Source: Lama guanicoe (lineage: Eukaryota). Taken from it: a stretch of 64,000 nucleotides of DNA. Shown here in pieces: positions 51,040-64,000 of the stretch. Under the pieces are notes generated by a model, which was given only the letters and a program-made list of their open reading frames with translations, was not told where the DNA came from and ran no database searches. Location of the stretch: the NCBI GenBank assembly GCA_013239625.1, contig MU053881.1, positions 10,406,873-10,470,872 of the forward strand. The letters run 5' to 3'. Numbering within the stretch: the stretch's first letter is position 1; the number at the start of each line of letters is the position of its first letter. Both the position numbers and the translations under genes were made by a program.

Positions 51040-51600
51040 GCAGGTGTTTCAGGGTGCTGTCAGAGTTACCTCCAACACTGTAGCCCCTGATATTACTTCC
51101 CATTAATTCAAAAACCTTCAGTTCCTTTCTATGACAGCAGAAGAAATTCTCAACTCTTTAGCATGGCATTCAAGACTTTGAAAGTATGGTTTAAACCTTT
51201 CTTTGCTATCTCTCTTCTAAGCATTCCAATGTCCCTTGGAAGTACTGGATGTCTATGGTTTCTTACACTTTTCCCTAAAGCTGGAGTGAATGTAACTAGT
51301 TCTCCACCTGAAAAACACACTCAGCTCTCAAGAAACAACTCATGTGTCCATATCTCTGGGAAGCTTCACTCGTACCATTTTCCTTTAAGGTAGAACTTCT
51401 ATAACATTCTGTTTTATAGTTGAACGACAGAAATCTATTAAAGATTACTACTAGTACATGTTGTAGCTCCATATATGTATCCTCCTTGTAAATTCAGAGA
51501 GGGAGTAGAGTATGTCTTAATCCATCTTTTTATCTTCAAAACCTAACATTGTATCTGGTCCAAAGTAGGTGCTCAGAAAACTGGCTTTGATGAACTGGAA
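51040..51600 (+). mobile_element. L2 fragment
   Basis: AACTCTTTAGCATGGCATTCAAG...CCTAACATTGTATCTGG...AGTAGGTGCTCAG 3' end. Confidence 0.7.
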
Positions 51601-52066
51601 ACACTGGAAAAACATATCAAAGCATAATCCCTGATGCTGTGGGTTACAATAAATATTTCCACTCATGGAAAAGAGAAATCTATTACTGCTCTGCTAGAAC
51701 ACACACCTACCTCAAGGCAGGTGAATACAGGTGTGCTTGCCTGCAGGTAGTGAATACAAGTCAATCAAATTATACCAGTTCTTCCTAAATTCAAAGGATT
51801 TTTCTTAGTTTCTTGTCAGCAAGAAAATTGAGATGGTCAGAGGTTACCTGAGTCACTGGGTACTCTTACGTCTATTGGAAGAAGATGAATATAACCTATA
51901 TGTAGGTATTTCATAACCAGCTTTTATATTTAACAAAGGCTATGGATTAAAGTTCCCTCAAATTGCAGGGAAAAAATTCTATTCTTTGAAGCAAGAAGTT
52001 ATTATTTTTTTCATTACAGTAAAAATAAGCCTCATCTAATAAACCTTGCAATACACCCATAGAAGA

Positions 52067-52097
<31 letters not shown>

Positions 52098-53149
52098 TTT
52101 TTATTTTTTTTTGGTAACAGCAACTACATTTAAACTGTTTTCCAGCTGGGCCTTCTGTAGATTTCACTACAATCAGGAAGTATACAAAGATTGTTTGATT
52201 TATGTGGAAAGGGGAAAATGAATTCTATTCAACAGTCAAATGCAAAAATATGGAATACAGAATGACATTAGTGCTAAAATCTGGTATTTGAAAGACCAAG
52301 TAACTTTAAATCCAAAGCTTTTTATACATGCAAACACACACACGCACACACACATATACAGACACGTACATATATATATACACATGCCTTTATCTGACTT
52401 CAAATTCCTTCTGAAAACAGAAATAGAAACAAATTGTTAACAATCACCTATGTCCAGAGATTTTGGTAAGTGAACAGGATCTACTTATGAGAGACAAAAA
52501 AATATACAAGGAAACTTCTATATTTATAAGGAATCCTATGTTTATTTCTTGATTCAAAGATTCTTCCATCTGAAAGACAAGCCAATCGGACCTACTGGGG
52601 TTGTGGGGATTTCATACAGATGGAATGAGCTGTTCTGATAGAAATATCTTAGAGCAGTGCTTCCCAATCATTTTAATAATTCTTGAAAAAAGGAAATCTG
52701 GTGACAGTCACCTATATGAACTTACACATCCTGAGGGCAACCTTGCTGCATGAGGTTCAAGGCTACTAAAGCTCAAATAGGAAGCTGTAGTCTTCAGTGG
52801 CTTGAGTGTCAGAGGAAGGAGTGTAAGGCTAGACATACAACTGGAAAAAAAAATCTCAGAAAAGCAAACCTTCAAAGGGGGGATCTCCTCATCTGAGTGT
52901 AACTCCTATCAAATACTAGACTGATTCTTGAACTACATATGAATAGGAGATGCGCCACAAAGCCCAGAGGAAAGCAAAAAGCTAGATGGCTAAGAAATTT
53001 AAGCGTATATTTCAACTGCAACTGACCACTGGGGATACTGAGATCGGAATTCACTTAATTAGAAAGACTGGATGAGAACACTGGAATTAACAGTAAAACC
53101 ACAGAAGGGTCAGACACTTTAAAAACGGAGACACAGATTGTGTTCATGT

Positions 53150-56100
53150 TATGGAAAGGAATACAATGTACTATTCACAGTAAACATGAGAAAGCAAGTG
53201 TGGCCATGTTGTATCAGAGTTCAGGATTCAAAGCCGGGAGTATTACAAAAGATAATGAATGTTATTTCACAATGATAAAGTGACCAGGAAAACATAAAAG
53301 CCATACATATATATATGTTAATAGCAGATTTTCTAAATATATAAAACAAAACTAGGCAGAACTATAGGTAAAAACAGACAAACCCACAACCTAGTTGGGT
53401 ATTTTTACACTCCTTTCTCAACCTCAGTAAATGACAGAGCAAAATTCATAAAATACAAAAATCAGTGAGAATAAAGAAAACATGAACAACTCTATAAAGA
53501 AGCTTGAGCTAACTGCATTTATTGACCCTTACACCCTACAACTGCAGAAAACAGATTCTTTTCAAGTGCACATGGAAAGTTCATAAAGATGTGTGATGCC
53601 TTGAACCAAGTATCAATAAATTTCAAAAGCTGAAACCAATTACCACAACAGAATTAATTTAGAAATCAAAAGATACCTAGAAACTTTCCCTAAGATACAA
53701 AAATTAATCAACACACTTATATAAACAATCATGGTTCCAAGAAAATTACAAAAATATCAGAAGAAAACATTATGAAGTGTATGCAAATAAAAATTAAAAA
53801 ATTTTGGAATGCAGTTAAAGTATTTCTTAAGGGAATATTTATAGATTTAAATTCTTAAAATATTAAAGAAAAAAGGTTTAAAATGTATTACTAACATTTC
53901 CTCCTGAATAATAAAAAAAGAAAAGTGAAATCCAAATAAATAGAGAGAAATAATAAATATAAGAGAGAAATCAGTGAAGCAGAAAATAGACAGAAGAGAA
54001 AATAAAAAAAGCCAAACATTGGCTCCATGGAAATTATGTAAAATAATGATCTCCTTCCAAGACTGCTCAAGGGAAAAGAGATAAAACACAACATATCAGT
54101 ATCAGGAATAAAATAATTTGACTGTAATCAAGTCTATAGATATGAAAATCATAAAAAGAAGTATAAATAACTTTATGCAAATAAATTATGCAATCTAGGT
54201 GAAATGGATACTCTTTGGAGAATACAACTTATAAAAATTGACCTAAGAAAAAATTGGAAACCCAATGAACCCAATAACTATTAAATAAATTAAATTAGCA
54301 GTGAAAAAAAAAATCTGCCCACAAAAAGACAAAAACAAAAACTGTTGTCAATATGGTTTGACTGTGAATTTGCCAAATACTAAAAAAAAAAAAAGAAAAA
54401 AGGAAAAAGAAAAGAAAAAGAAAACAAAAAGAAATGCTATACAAACCCACTTTATATGGCTATCATAGCTTGATTCCAAAACCTGACAAAGGTACTATGC
54501 GTAAAGGAAACTAGAGACCAAAATCACTCATAGATACAAAAATCCTTAACAAAATATTAGCAAGTGGAACCCAGCAATATATAAAAAGATAATATGTCAC
54601 CATCAAATGGAATTTATCCCAGGGATGCAAGCTTTGTCCAATACTGAAAAATCAATTCCTATAATTTACCATATTAACAGAAAAAAAGGAGGAAAATTCT
54701 ACCTGAAATCAGAAAGGCAAGGATGTCTACTCTGATGACTTCTATTCTATATTCTGGCCCTAGCCAGTGTAATAAGGCAAGAAAAAAATAATTAAAGGTA
54801 TAAAAATTAGAACTAAAAAATAACATGAGGATTATTCACAGATAGCATGATTATTTGGATAGAAAACCCTAAGGAATTCTACAAAACAAACAATGGCACT
54901 AATAAGGAACAAACTTAACATGGTCACAGGTAAAAGGTCGATATATGAAATTAATTGTAGTGCTATGGATGACAAGTAAATAACAGAAAAATAAGTTTAA
55001 ATAATGAGTCAATATCATCAAACAACTGAAACTACTCAACCACACAAGGCCATTAACCTGAAAGATATAAAACACTACAATGAGAAATGTTAAAAGACTT
55101 AAGTAAATGGGAAGACAGATCATTTTCACAAATCAGAAAACTCAATATTGTTATTAGTTTTCACCACATTTATCTATAAATCCAGTGTAACTCCAGTTTA
55201 ATTCCTAGTTGTTATTTTCCTGTAAAAACTGACAAGTTGATTCTAAAATTTATACAAAAGTTCAAATGATATAAAAGAGCTAAAACAATCTAAAGCCAAA
55301 CAACACACATCACTGTAAAAATTAACATAGAGCCACAGCCATCAAGACGATGATATTAATATTAAGGGGAGACTTATAAACCAAAGAAACAGATGAGAGT
55401 GTTCAGAAAAAAGACTAATTTTTCTATAATCAGTTAATTCTGAACAAAAGCACCAATTCAATACAATGGGGAAATAACACTGTATACAAATCATACTGGA
55501 ACAGATATAAATATATGGGGAGAAGTGAGTCTCAATCTTTACATCACAGACAAAAATTAATTGGAGTTGGCTTATGAACAAAACTGTAAAATCTCAAATG
55601 GTAAATCTTCTAGAAATAAACTAAGACGTTTAGAAAACTAAGTCACTTTTTTTGGTGACTATGGGACAAGTAACAATTTCTTACAACAGAGAAAATATTA
55701 AATATACAAGATGATAAATTAGATTTCATTGAAATGATAAGGTGCTGCTGTGATGATTAAAATTCATCAAAACCGAGAAGTGAAAAGGCAATCAGCAGTG
55801 TGAGAATACATATCTGTAACACACGAACCTGGCAAAGGACTTGCATACAGAATGTATTTAAAAAAAAAAAATCCAGACAAAAGAACAATAAGAAAAAGAA
55901 GAACAGCAAAAGCCCCAGCTAACACTGTGGACGAAATAGTTAAACAGGTCTTTCACAAAAGAAGATGTATAATATGTATTCAAGACAATAAGCACCACAA
56001 AAGGGGCTCAGCCTTAGGGCTATCAGGGAAATACTAACTAAAACATCCACACCTGCCTAGCTGAAATGAAAAAAAAAAAGACATCATCAAATATTAGTAA

Positions 56101-56753
56101 GGATATGAATCAACTAGTACTCTCACACACTGCTGGTGGGAGTGTAAAATGGTACAACCACTTCTGAAAACTGTATGGCAGTTTCTTCTCAAGTTAAAAA
56201 TGTACTTACTCTATGATTCAGCTATTTTATTTTTAGGAATTTACCTCAAAATAAAAAAAAAAAAGGACAAACATGCTCATGGAGAGACTTAAATAAGGAA
56301 TTTCATAGCCTGAAATCCACAAGAGGCAAAACTTAAAAGCAATACAATGCCCATCGTCAGAAGAATGGCTAAATTCAATTGTGATATATTCATGCAGGAG
56401 TACTTGGGGAAAAAAACTTTCCCAGTGGCGTGCTGAAACTACAAGGATGAATTTCCAAAACGCTATAGTAAGCAACAGAAGCAGATACAAATACAACATA
56501 CTATGTCTTTTTATTTATATGAATTTCAAGAAAAGATGTGATAGAATGATAGAAATCAAATCAGTCATTGTCTATGGAGACAAAAAGTGACTTAATGGAA
56601 GCACTAGGGAACATTCTGGGATGGTGGAAATATCCTGTCTTGATCAGGATGGCTGCTACAACAGGTGGTGCATGAATTTATCAAAATGTATCTAATCATA
56701 CCCTTAAGATCTCTGAAGTTCACTGTACGTAAGTTTTACCTCAATTAAAAAAA
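53150..56753 (+). mobile_element. Large, heavily decayed L1 (L1ME/L1MD-like): ORF2 EN-RT-C-terminal remnants and 3' UTR
   Basis: EN-region TTCTTTTCAAGTGCACATGGAA; RT-region AAAATCCTTAACAAAATATTAGCAA, TTTATCCCAGGGATGCAAG and TTATTCACAGATAGCATGATT; 3' end AAGTTTTACCTCAATTAAAA; many stops and deletions. 52720-53110 may be a 5' UTR remnant. Confidence 0.9.
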
Positions 56754-59700
56754 TATTCTGCCACGATATGGAATGGGTTTTGAGAGAAATTTAAGCTCAG
56801 CTGCAGAAAAATAAAATTACAGTCATTGAAAACATTTGTGCTCACTTCGTACAAATACACAGACACACTTGAAAATTCTTGCAACTACTACATTATCCAA
56901 AGAAAGTAATCATTTTAAAGTACAAGAGGGGAAAACATGGTGATGATAATTTCTGAGATGTGTGAAAATCAGCATTTTCAATATTTTGATTTTTTCTTGT
57001 TACTTAATAAAAATTTGCATTTCAAGTTTTTTCTATATTCTGTTCAGTTCTTTTTATCTCATCAATAATATTTTAGAAAGCTGTAAATGGACAACATTGA
57101 TTCTTATTTAGTTTTACATGTTCTTTTGCCAGATGGTATACCAGTTGATATTTAACATTTAAAATTTAAAGCACAAAAAATTTACTATATCTCAAAAAAT
57201 AAGATAAAATTTAGTTTTACTTAAAAAACACAGAAAATGTCAGAGTCATATTGTTTGTTTACAAATCAAAGATGCCATATTCACAATTTCTCTTTCAGTA
57301 AAATTAATAAAATTTCTGTTTTTGCTCAAAAAATGTTGATGAAGTAAGATTAGGAATCAGACCCATTTCCTTCTCAGTAGTGTTGGTTGTAATACTGGCA
57401 TCAAATATTTCATTTTGCAAAGGCACTATTTCATATAAGTGTAGTTCATAATAATAATAATAACAACAAAGTATCACATGTTAGTTTTTAGTCTAAACAA
57501 AAAAAATTCAAATTTGACAATGTGGACACTTCTCCTCTGGAAAATTGCAAGACAGGGTTATGTAGTTTCTTCCCTTGTGGGCATTTCCCTCTATCTTACA
57601 ACCCTAAACCCCACCAGAAATATCACACACTTCTCTGCTGATTATAGATATGTTTCAGATTCAGAGGAAAATGCAACGAACAAAAGTCAAGATTATTACA
57701 AATTCTCATTCTGTTTTGAATTCAAGAAAGTGCCAGTCAAGAAGACAGAGAAATATCCGCCTGATCCTGTGTCTTATTTCTCTGCATGTGTAAGCCATTA
57801 TCATTCTACTTTGTCATATTTTATATAATACCCTGATAAATTATAAAGGTTACACGAAGCCTCACAAACTCACTAGCCTATAGGTTCATATAACGTAACC
57901 TAAATAGGTGAAGGAGTCTGGAAGCACGTGACGGAGAGTGATGGTGAGGATGTGTCTTGGAGAGCACATATTCTATACAGGCAAAAGCCACGCAGGGCTG
58001 CTTGGCACAATGTCTCCAGAACTTCTACCTTTTCATAAGAGGCAGAATATCCACATTTTCATGCAAACTCTTTGATGTTGAAAATACAGATTCGAAACAT
58101 TTTAGAGAGTGTGTAAGCTAGAGAACCCATCTTCTGACCCAAAGTTATCTGTGGAATATCAGTTCACAAACTGTGACATCAAAGTACTATTCTTAATTTA
58201 TCATACCCACAGTATATTAAGTGAGGGATTTTTATCACTTCCTTTTTTAATGACTTGAAAAAAGAAAAAGACCCAGAGACACCCAAGGGATTAAGCTGAT
58301 CCTGCAACTATGATTAGGTCCTGTATTCAAATCTTCTTCTTCCCAGTATAGTGCCCTTTGATCTAAACCACTGAACTAGGCAGCCAGTCTTCCAAATATG
58401 GTGACCAATAAAAATAAAAAGCAAGTTCCGGTTATAGAGCAAAGGTAACACTAGGCAAATTCGGCTCAGTTTGCCTACTTTTTGTCTTTGGACTCCATCT
58501 GCCTCTAGTCATTTGGTGTCACTATTTCTCTCACTTATTCATCCTGCCCTAGACCCCATGATTTAGAAACAAAAAATGGTGAATAAAGTTCCTACTGAGA
58601 AAATGAGACATTCATGATTATTGGGCATAACCTGCCCTTTAAAACGGAATACCAGGGAACGGTAAATTCCTAACTAAACCAAGTTATATGATGTTTAAAT
58701 CTGTGGCATCTGTGACAAGCCAGGTGGGAAGCTGGAGCTGACAGGGAGGTTCACAGAACCACAGCCTCGAGACTGGAATTCTTTGGTGACTGTGACTGAT
58801 TGCATTCTATTCTGGGATTGAGTGATCACTTGTATAATTTGACATACAAAGATTTTAACAGTAACAGTTCTCCTAAAGCTACCTTGCTTTTTCCTTCCTT
58901 ACAACCTTTAAAACTAGAAGAGAAGAATATAGAGATGATGGTAGATAATTTTACATAATGACTCATTCTTGTGTCAATTCCAAAGCATCACAGTGCCACA
59001 GCCGTAATAACTAAAACACCAATGACTCATCTCTTCTAAGTTGTTCTAATTTGGAAGGTTCTTAGAAAATTCTGAGCTATGTAATATGCCAAGAAAAAGT
59101 GGTGCTTAGAACATGTCACCCCTAATAATTGCTACTATAAAGATATGTAATTCTGCATTTACTACCTAGCTGGGAGTTTCAGTTTTCAGTTTCAAGGAAT
59201 GAAATTCAATCCAACTATTAGGAAGCATGTTTCTTTTGCTTCTCTTCCCCTTCTTTGTAACTATGCGTGGGTCACTAGATTGTAAGGGTCCTTCCTCCTA
59301 TACACATGCTCATGAGACTAACCATAAGGTGTTTTATAGTTGTCCAGGGAAGCACATCTGGCTTTCTCGAGGACGCGCTAAACAGACTTAAATCTATCAA
59401 ACAGCATCTCTTTTCAAAGCTTTTCACCAAAGGTATTACACAGTTTGAAATGTGTCTTGAGGTACCTGGTGAAATCACACATTACCAAGTCCAGTTACAT
59501 TCTCACCAGGATTCTCCATTTATACGGATACAATCCAAAATAAACATGACTGGGCTTTCCATGTATTCCTTAGGGATAGAAATGGAGAGATATCAACCTT
59601 ATGTGTGCAACACAGACAAATACTTACTTAGTGTCAATATAGATGATGTGTATATATATGTATATAATATGTGTAAAATACATAATGTTCCTTTTTTTTT

Positions 59701-61585
59701 TTTTTTTGCTTAAGCAAAAGTACTAAATATAACCAAGTCATGGAAGGATGTGGGAAATAACAGTAGTTCACCTCTGAGCTCTGAAAAGACTGATGCAATG
59801 TGTCAATATCTGGGGCTCCAGCAACTTAATCACCTACAGAAGCCATAATTGCTACAATAATTATTTTCTAAAGCTGACATTCTTGGCTTGATGAAAATAT
59901 ATAGCCACCAAGGAAAAGCATTCTTTTCTTCTACTCAGGGGATTGAACGTAAACAAGCCTTCCTAACCAAGAAGAAATGTGACTCAGGCCAACAGCCACC
60001 TCAGATGCAATCATGTGTCTAGAAACAGTAGCAACGACAATGTCTTTTCAACATGGAGGAGAAATAATACTCTGAAATTCTCAAGTTTAGCAGGGATAGG
60101 CATCCCAAAATGGAAACAAAATAGGAGATTAATATTTTCTAAATAGAAATCATCTCCTGAGGTTGCAAATTCACTATTTATAAGAATTGCTCCATGAAAG
60201 CTGTTGAGATAGAGTAGATATTTCAGATTATATCTATGCCATTAAAATTATTTTGCAATAGTATTTATTAGTGTTGCATCATACGGACTCATTTACTACA
60301 ATTTGAAAAGCAAACAATATTGTCTGATACAGTGTTAAAGGGCATTTTATATAGTACGTACCTGATAAATATTAATTTTCTCTACCTTTCGAAAGAGATA
60401 ACTACAGAACACCTTACATAGGAGGAAAGGAAGGATCAAGTTCTTTCTCTTTACCTTGTCATTGTTCAATTCAAATGTTGAGAGTCAATTCTTTCAAGAT
60501 TTTTTTTCCCTCAAAGTTTAATGGAACTCTGCAATAACCCACATCATTATGAGTCATTTATGAGAAAACACCAGGTACCCACACTTTGCCTAACACTTTG
60601 CTGGGTATTAAGAAATGGGGACATTAAAATACATCTCTTCCCTTAAGTAGCTTTCAGTCTAGTTGGAAAGACAAAAAGCAACAGACAGCACAGGAGAAAA
60701 ATGTAACACAAGAATAACAGCTGAATTTGAAGGGTGCCAGGAATTTGTAGCATGGGCTATGACAATTACCAAAACAAACTGATGAGCTACATTGCTATTC
60801 AGTGTCCTAACACTGATTTGTTTTTCTGTTCTATTCTTTGGCACTGGTTATAGCCTTACTGGGGGAAAAGAGGAGGGTATTTATGTGAGCAGTAGATTAA
60901 CTGAATTATCTAGGGAATGAAGACAAGTAGATTTTCTTCTTAATTTTCTTTCATAGATTTTTGTTAAAATAGGGAAAAGCAGCTTTTTTTTTAAATATGA
61001 TGCTGTTGAAAATATTTCATGAATGATGTTATTGACTTTCCTCCCTAAAAATAGTTTATAAAAAAAATGCAGAGCATGGGAATTTGAAAAAAAAGTCTTT
61101 TCGTCTTAAAAAATCACAGATTAAAGTGACAAAGCATACGGGCCAAAGTTGAACAGACCTTTCCAAACATAACCAGAACATTACAAACTTAGAAGATATA
61201 TTTAAAATATTGCACTTTTAAAAAGAACATGCGGAATTCCTAAAATGGAAAGAAATACTGTTATAAATAAAGGAAATTACTTAAAAAAAAAAAGACCTAG
61301 GTGATTTGACATAATGAAGGGCTGAAGCCAGTAACAGTGGAGATAAGGTAAAATGCACAAGAGGGAAGAAAGCACAAGAATACTTCTGAAAAAACAGCCG
61401 TGGCCAACCTGAAACAAGAGGTGCCAAGGGCACGTGGACAGTGTTCAGTTCCTCTGCTGCCTGCTTCATTCAGCTTTGTCAGGATGCTTTGCGTTCAGCT
61501 GCTGTTAAGTGGTGGTAAAACACAATCATTTGCCAGAAGAATTGTTTATGGACCACTGTGACTTCCACATAAAGATGATGGCGCT

Positions 61586-61943
61586 CCTTAAATGAAATAA
61601 GCCAGACAGCAGAAGAAGTACTGAGTGGTATCTCTCTTACGTGCAATCAAAGGAAGAAAACAAGAAAGTCGAGCTCATAGAAACAGAGTAGGATGGTGGT
61701 TGCCAGGGGTTGGGAGATGGGGAAAAACAAGGAGAATTTGGTAAAAGGGTTCATCCTTCCCATTATAAGATGAATAAGTTTTGAGGACTGAATGTACAAC
61801 ATGACGACTATAGTTGATAACACTGTACTGCATAACTGAAACTCGCTAAGAGAACAGAACTTAAGTGTTTGCACCAAAAAAAAAAAAAAAAGATACACAA
61901 GGTGACAGATGGGATTAACTTGATGGTGGAAATCCCTTCTCAA

Positions 61944-61976
<33 letters not shown>

Positions 61977-62076
61977 ATAAAATCATCATGCCATACACTT
62001 AAACATGTTATAATTTTATAATATTATATAATAATTTTGTCAATTATAGGTTCAATAAAGTTGAAAAGAAGAAAAA
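61586..62076 (+). mobile_element. L1MA-like 3' end with internal (TG)n
   Basis: AAATGAAATAAGCCAGACAG...CTCATAGAAACAGAGTAGGATGGTGGTTGCCAGGGG...TCAATAAAGTTGAAAA. Confidence 0.88.
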
Positions 62077-62419
62077 GGACAGAATTCTTCTATTTACGAA
62101 TAATATATAAGCTAATTTATTTTACAGATGTAAAGATACCAAACAGGGAATCACAATTAGAGCCAGGATAACCAGAACTGGGTCCTCCATCACAAAGCAC
62201 AGACACACACACAAACAAATATTTTAAAGTTATTCTCTACAATTTTGTGTTTGTGGTTGCTGGGTTTTTTTTGTTTTGTTTTTGTTTGGTCCCAACTACT
62301 CTGCAACCCTTAGGGACAATGATTTCCTCCCTTCCTTGGGGAGGTGGCAGAGTTAGCAACAGAACCCAGATCTACTGTATTTCCAGTCTAGTATTCCAAC
62401 TTAGTACAGTAATGAAAGT

Positions 62420-62625
62420 ATTAGCTTTGAAGTGATATTGACCTGTTAGATTCCTGCTGGTGCAACCTACATGTGTGTGGCCCTGGAATAAATTAGTCTC
62501 TAAATATTAATCTTGCCATCTGTAACATGGAAATAATTAAAGTGCCCGATTCACACTCTTCTTATGAGAAGGAAATGAGACAGTGTGGGGAAAGTGAATA
62601 GCCCATGGCCTGGCAGGTGAGGTGG
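62420..62625 (+). mobile_element. MIR
   Basis: CCATCTGTAACATGGAAATAAT...TGAGAAGGAAATGAGA...GCCTGGCA. Confidence 0.65.
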
Positions 62626-62774
62626 TGACACAGCTCATTAAAAAAACGGCTCTAAGGATATCAAACCATGCCTTGTAGCCTCTCTATGGGGGACTGAAGA
62701 TTTACTGCCATGGGCTTCCCAACAGTGCTGTCTACAACGTTCTGACAGTAGAGCTATCGTATAAGCTGAGTGGC

Positions 62775-62995
62775 TATGAGCCATCGATCCCACTTTTGGT
62801 TATGTACCCAAGAGAAATAAAACCATTCTCTCAAACAGGAACTCCCATGCTCAGTACAGTATTATTCACAATTGCCAAGATATGGAAACAATCAAAGGAT
62901 CTGTCAAGAGAGGAATGGATCGAGAAAATGTGGAAATATATACAATGGAATATTATTCATCTTTTAAAAAAGAAGGAAATCCTGTCATTCGCAAT
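62775..62995 (+). mobile_element. L1 ORF2 C-terminal fragment
   Basis: Translation YPREIK...LFTIAKIWKQ...EEWIEKMWKYIQWN. Confidence 0.85.
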
Positions 62996-63559
62996 TGCAT
63001 CAACTTCAACAGCACGGCGTTTTTCGTGTGTCAGTCCTTTCCCAGGCTGACCCCACCCTGCTCTTTCAGTCCTTTTCCCGTTTTTTGCCCCAACAAGGAC
63101 TTCACACTGGTGACAGTTACTGACACAGAAGGTTTCTGAGAACTCTAATTAAAATTTTCTTCCATGATAATTCTTGCTCTCACTTTTCTGTCCATTTTCC
63201 ATCTGCCTTTTTGCCGGTGCCACTCAACGGATGCTCTCCAAGACCATTCTATTACTGGAGCATTCTTCATAAATCTTTAAAAAATTTTTTTGGCACGCAC
63301 CCTGACCCGATCCAATTTGCGACTCTACCCACATCAAAGTTAATCTCCTACAAAGCCTCAATAATCTGCATGAAACGCATTAGAAAAAGACATCTCCCCT
63401 GGGCCATGGCTGGCCTTCCCAAGCAGAGCTTGGTCACAAGAGTACTTATTCGTGCAAATTCGTAAAAGGCTGCTCTCTGCAGAACAACAGAGCTCCAGAA
63501 AAGGAGGCAGAGTGGGCTAGACCGCAGCTCCCACTGGCTCTTACAAGAAAGCTTAGCTG

Positions 63560-63850
63560 TCCAGATTCTTTTATCAGTCCCCCTTTGGGGTCAGATGGGT
63601 TTCAGAATTCTTTACATTTCAGAAAGGTAATTGGGTGCATTTTTTGTTGATCTGGCAGTGTTAGGGGTAACATTCCGTAATCAAACACATTAAGACTTCG
63701 TCAGCAAATCTGTGAATAGTCACGTCATCAAGGATAAAACAAATTATCAATGGCCTCATTTCAGATCAGGGCAGGTTTGTCTGCAAATGTGAGACCAGAC
63801 CAAATGTGAAATTTCCTTGTTAAATTTATATTCTGGCAAGAGTTAACCTA
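63560..63850. mobile_element. MER46C-like Tigger fragment
   Basis: TTTGGGGTCAGATGGGTTTCAGAATTC...CAGAAAGGTAAT...CCGTAATCAAACACATTAA. Confidence 0.65.
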
Positions 63851-64000
63851 AGCTAACCTGAACTCACATTTGGTGGCAAACCTGGCTGGATCTGACATCA
63901 AGCTATTTTATAGTTATCAGTTAATCCATAAACTTCTTGAGAATGAGATTTGTAATTTATCTGCTTTTGTATGTCCTCTGGCACCTACTGCTGAATTTCC

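Noticed and set aside
1..64000. CRISPR-like or other regularly spaced repeat-spacer arrays, and prokaryotic-type systems
   Set aside because: None seen. All tandem structure is microsatellite or short duplication in clearly mammalian DNA.

Overview
This is AT-rich eutherian non-coding DNA, very probably from a camelid. It carries four tRNA-derived SINEs of the Vic-1 type (GGGGAGGGTATAGCTCAGTGGTAGAG...CCTAATTAC tail) and L1 3' ends with the camelid-type TGGGACATTGTGCTGTACACCAGAAA motif. I recognise no protein-coding exon, tRNA, rRNA or CRISPR array; the ORF track is explained by chance ORFs and decayed L1/LTR sequence. A large part of the window is transposon-derived: L1s of several ages, L2, MIR, MaLR/ERVL/ERV1 solo LTRs, and hAT/Tigger MITEs, with at least seven nested insertions, most with visible target-site duplications (TSDs). 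The most notable structures are: (1) an ERV1 LTR inserted in reverse orientation inside a related ERV1 LTR; (2) a twin-primed (5'-inverted) L1 with a possible short 3' transduction; (3) a strong + strand bias of L1s and LTRs, suggesting the window is intronic to a minus-strand transcript, with candidate non-coding exons; (4) a terminal-exon-like or ancient-LTR-like block at about 24.8-25.3 kb; and (5) several motif-dense candidate enhancers. I find no convincing evidence of a new biological system. Repeat family names are assigned from recalled consensus sequences and need RepeatMasker/Dfam confirmation; boundaries without TSDs are approximate.
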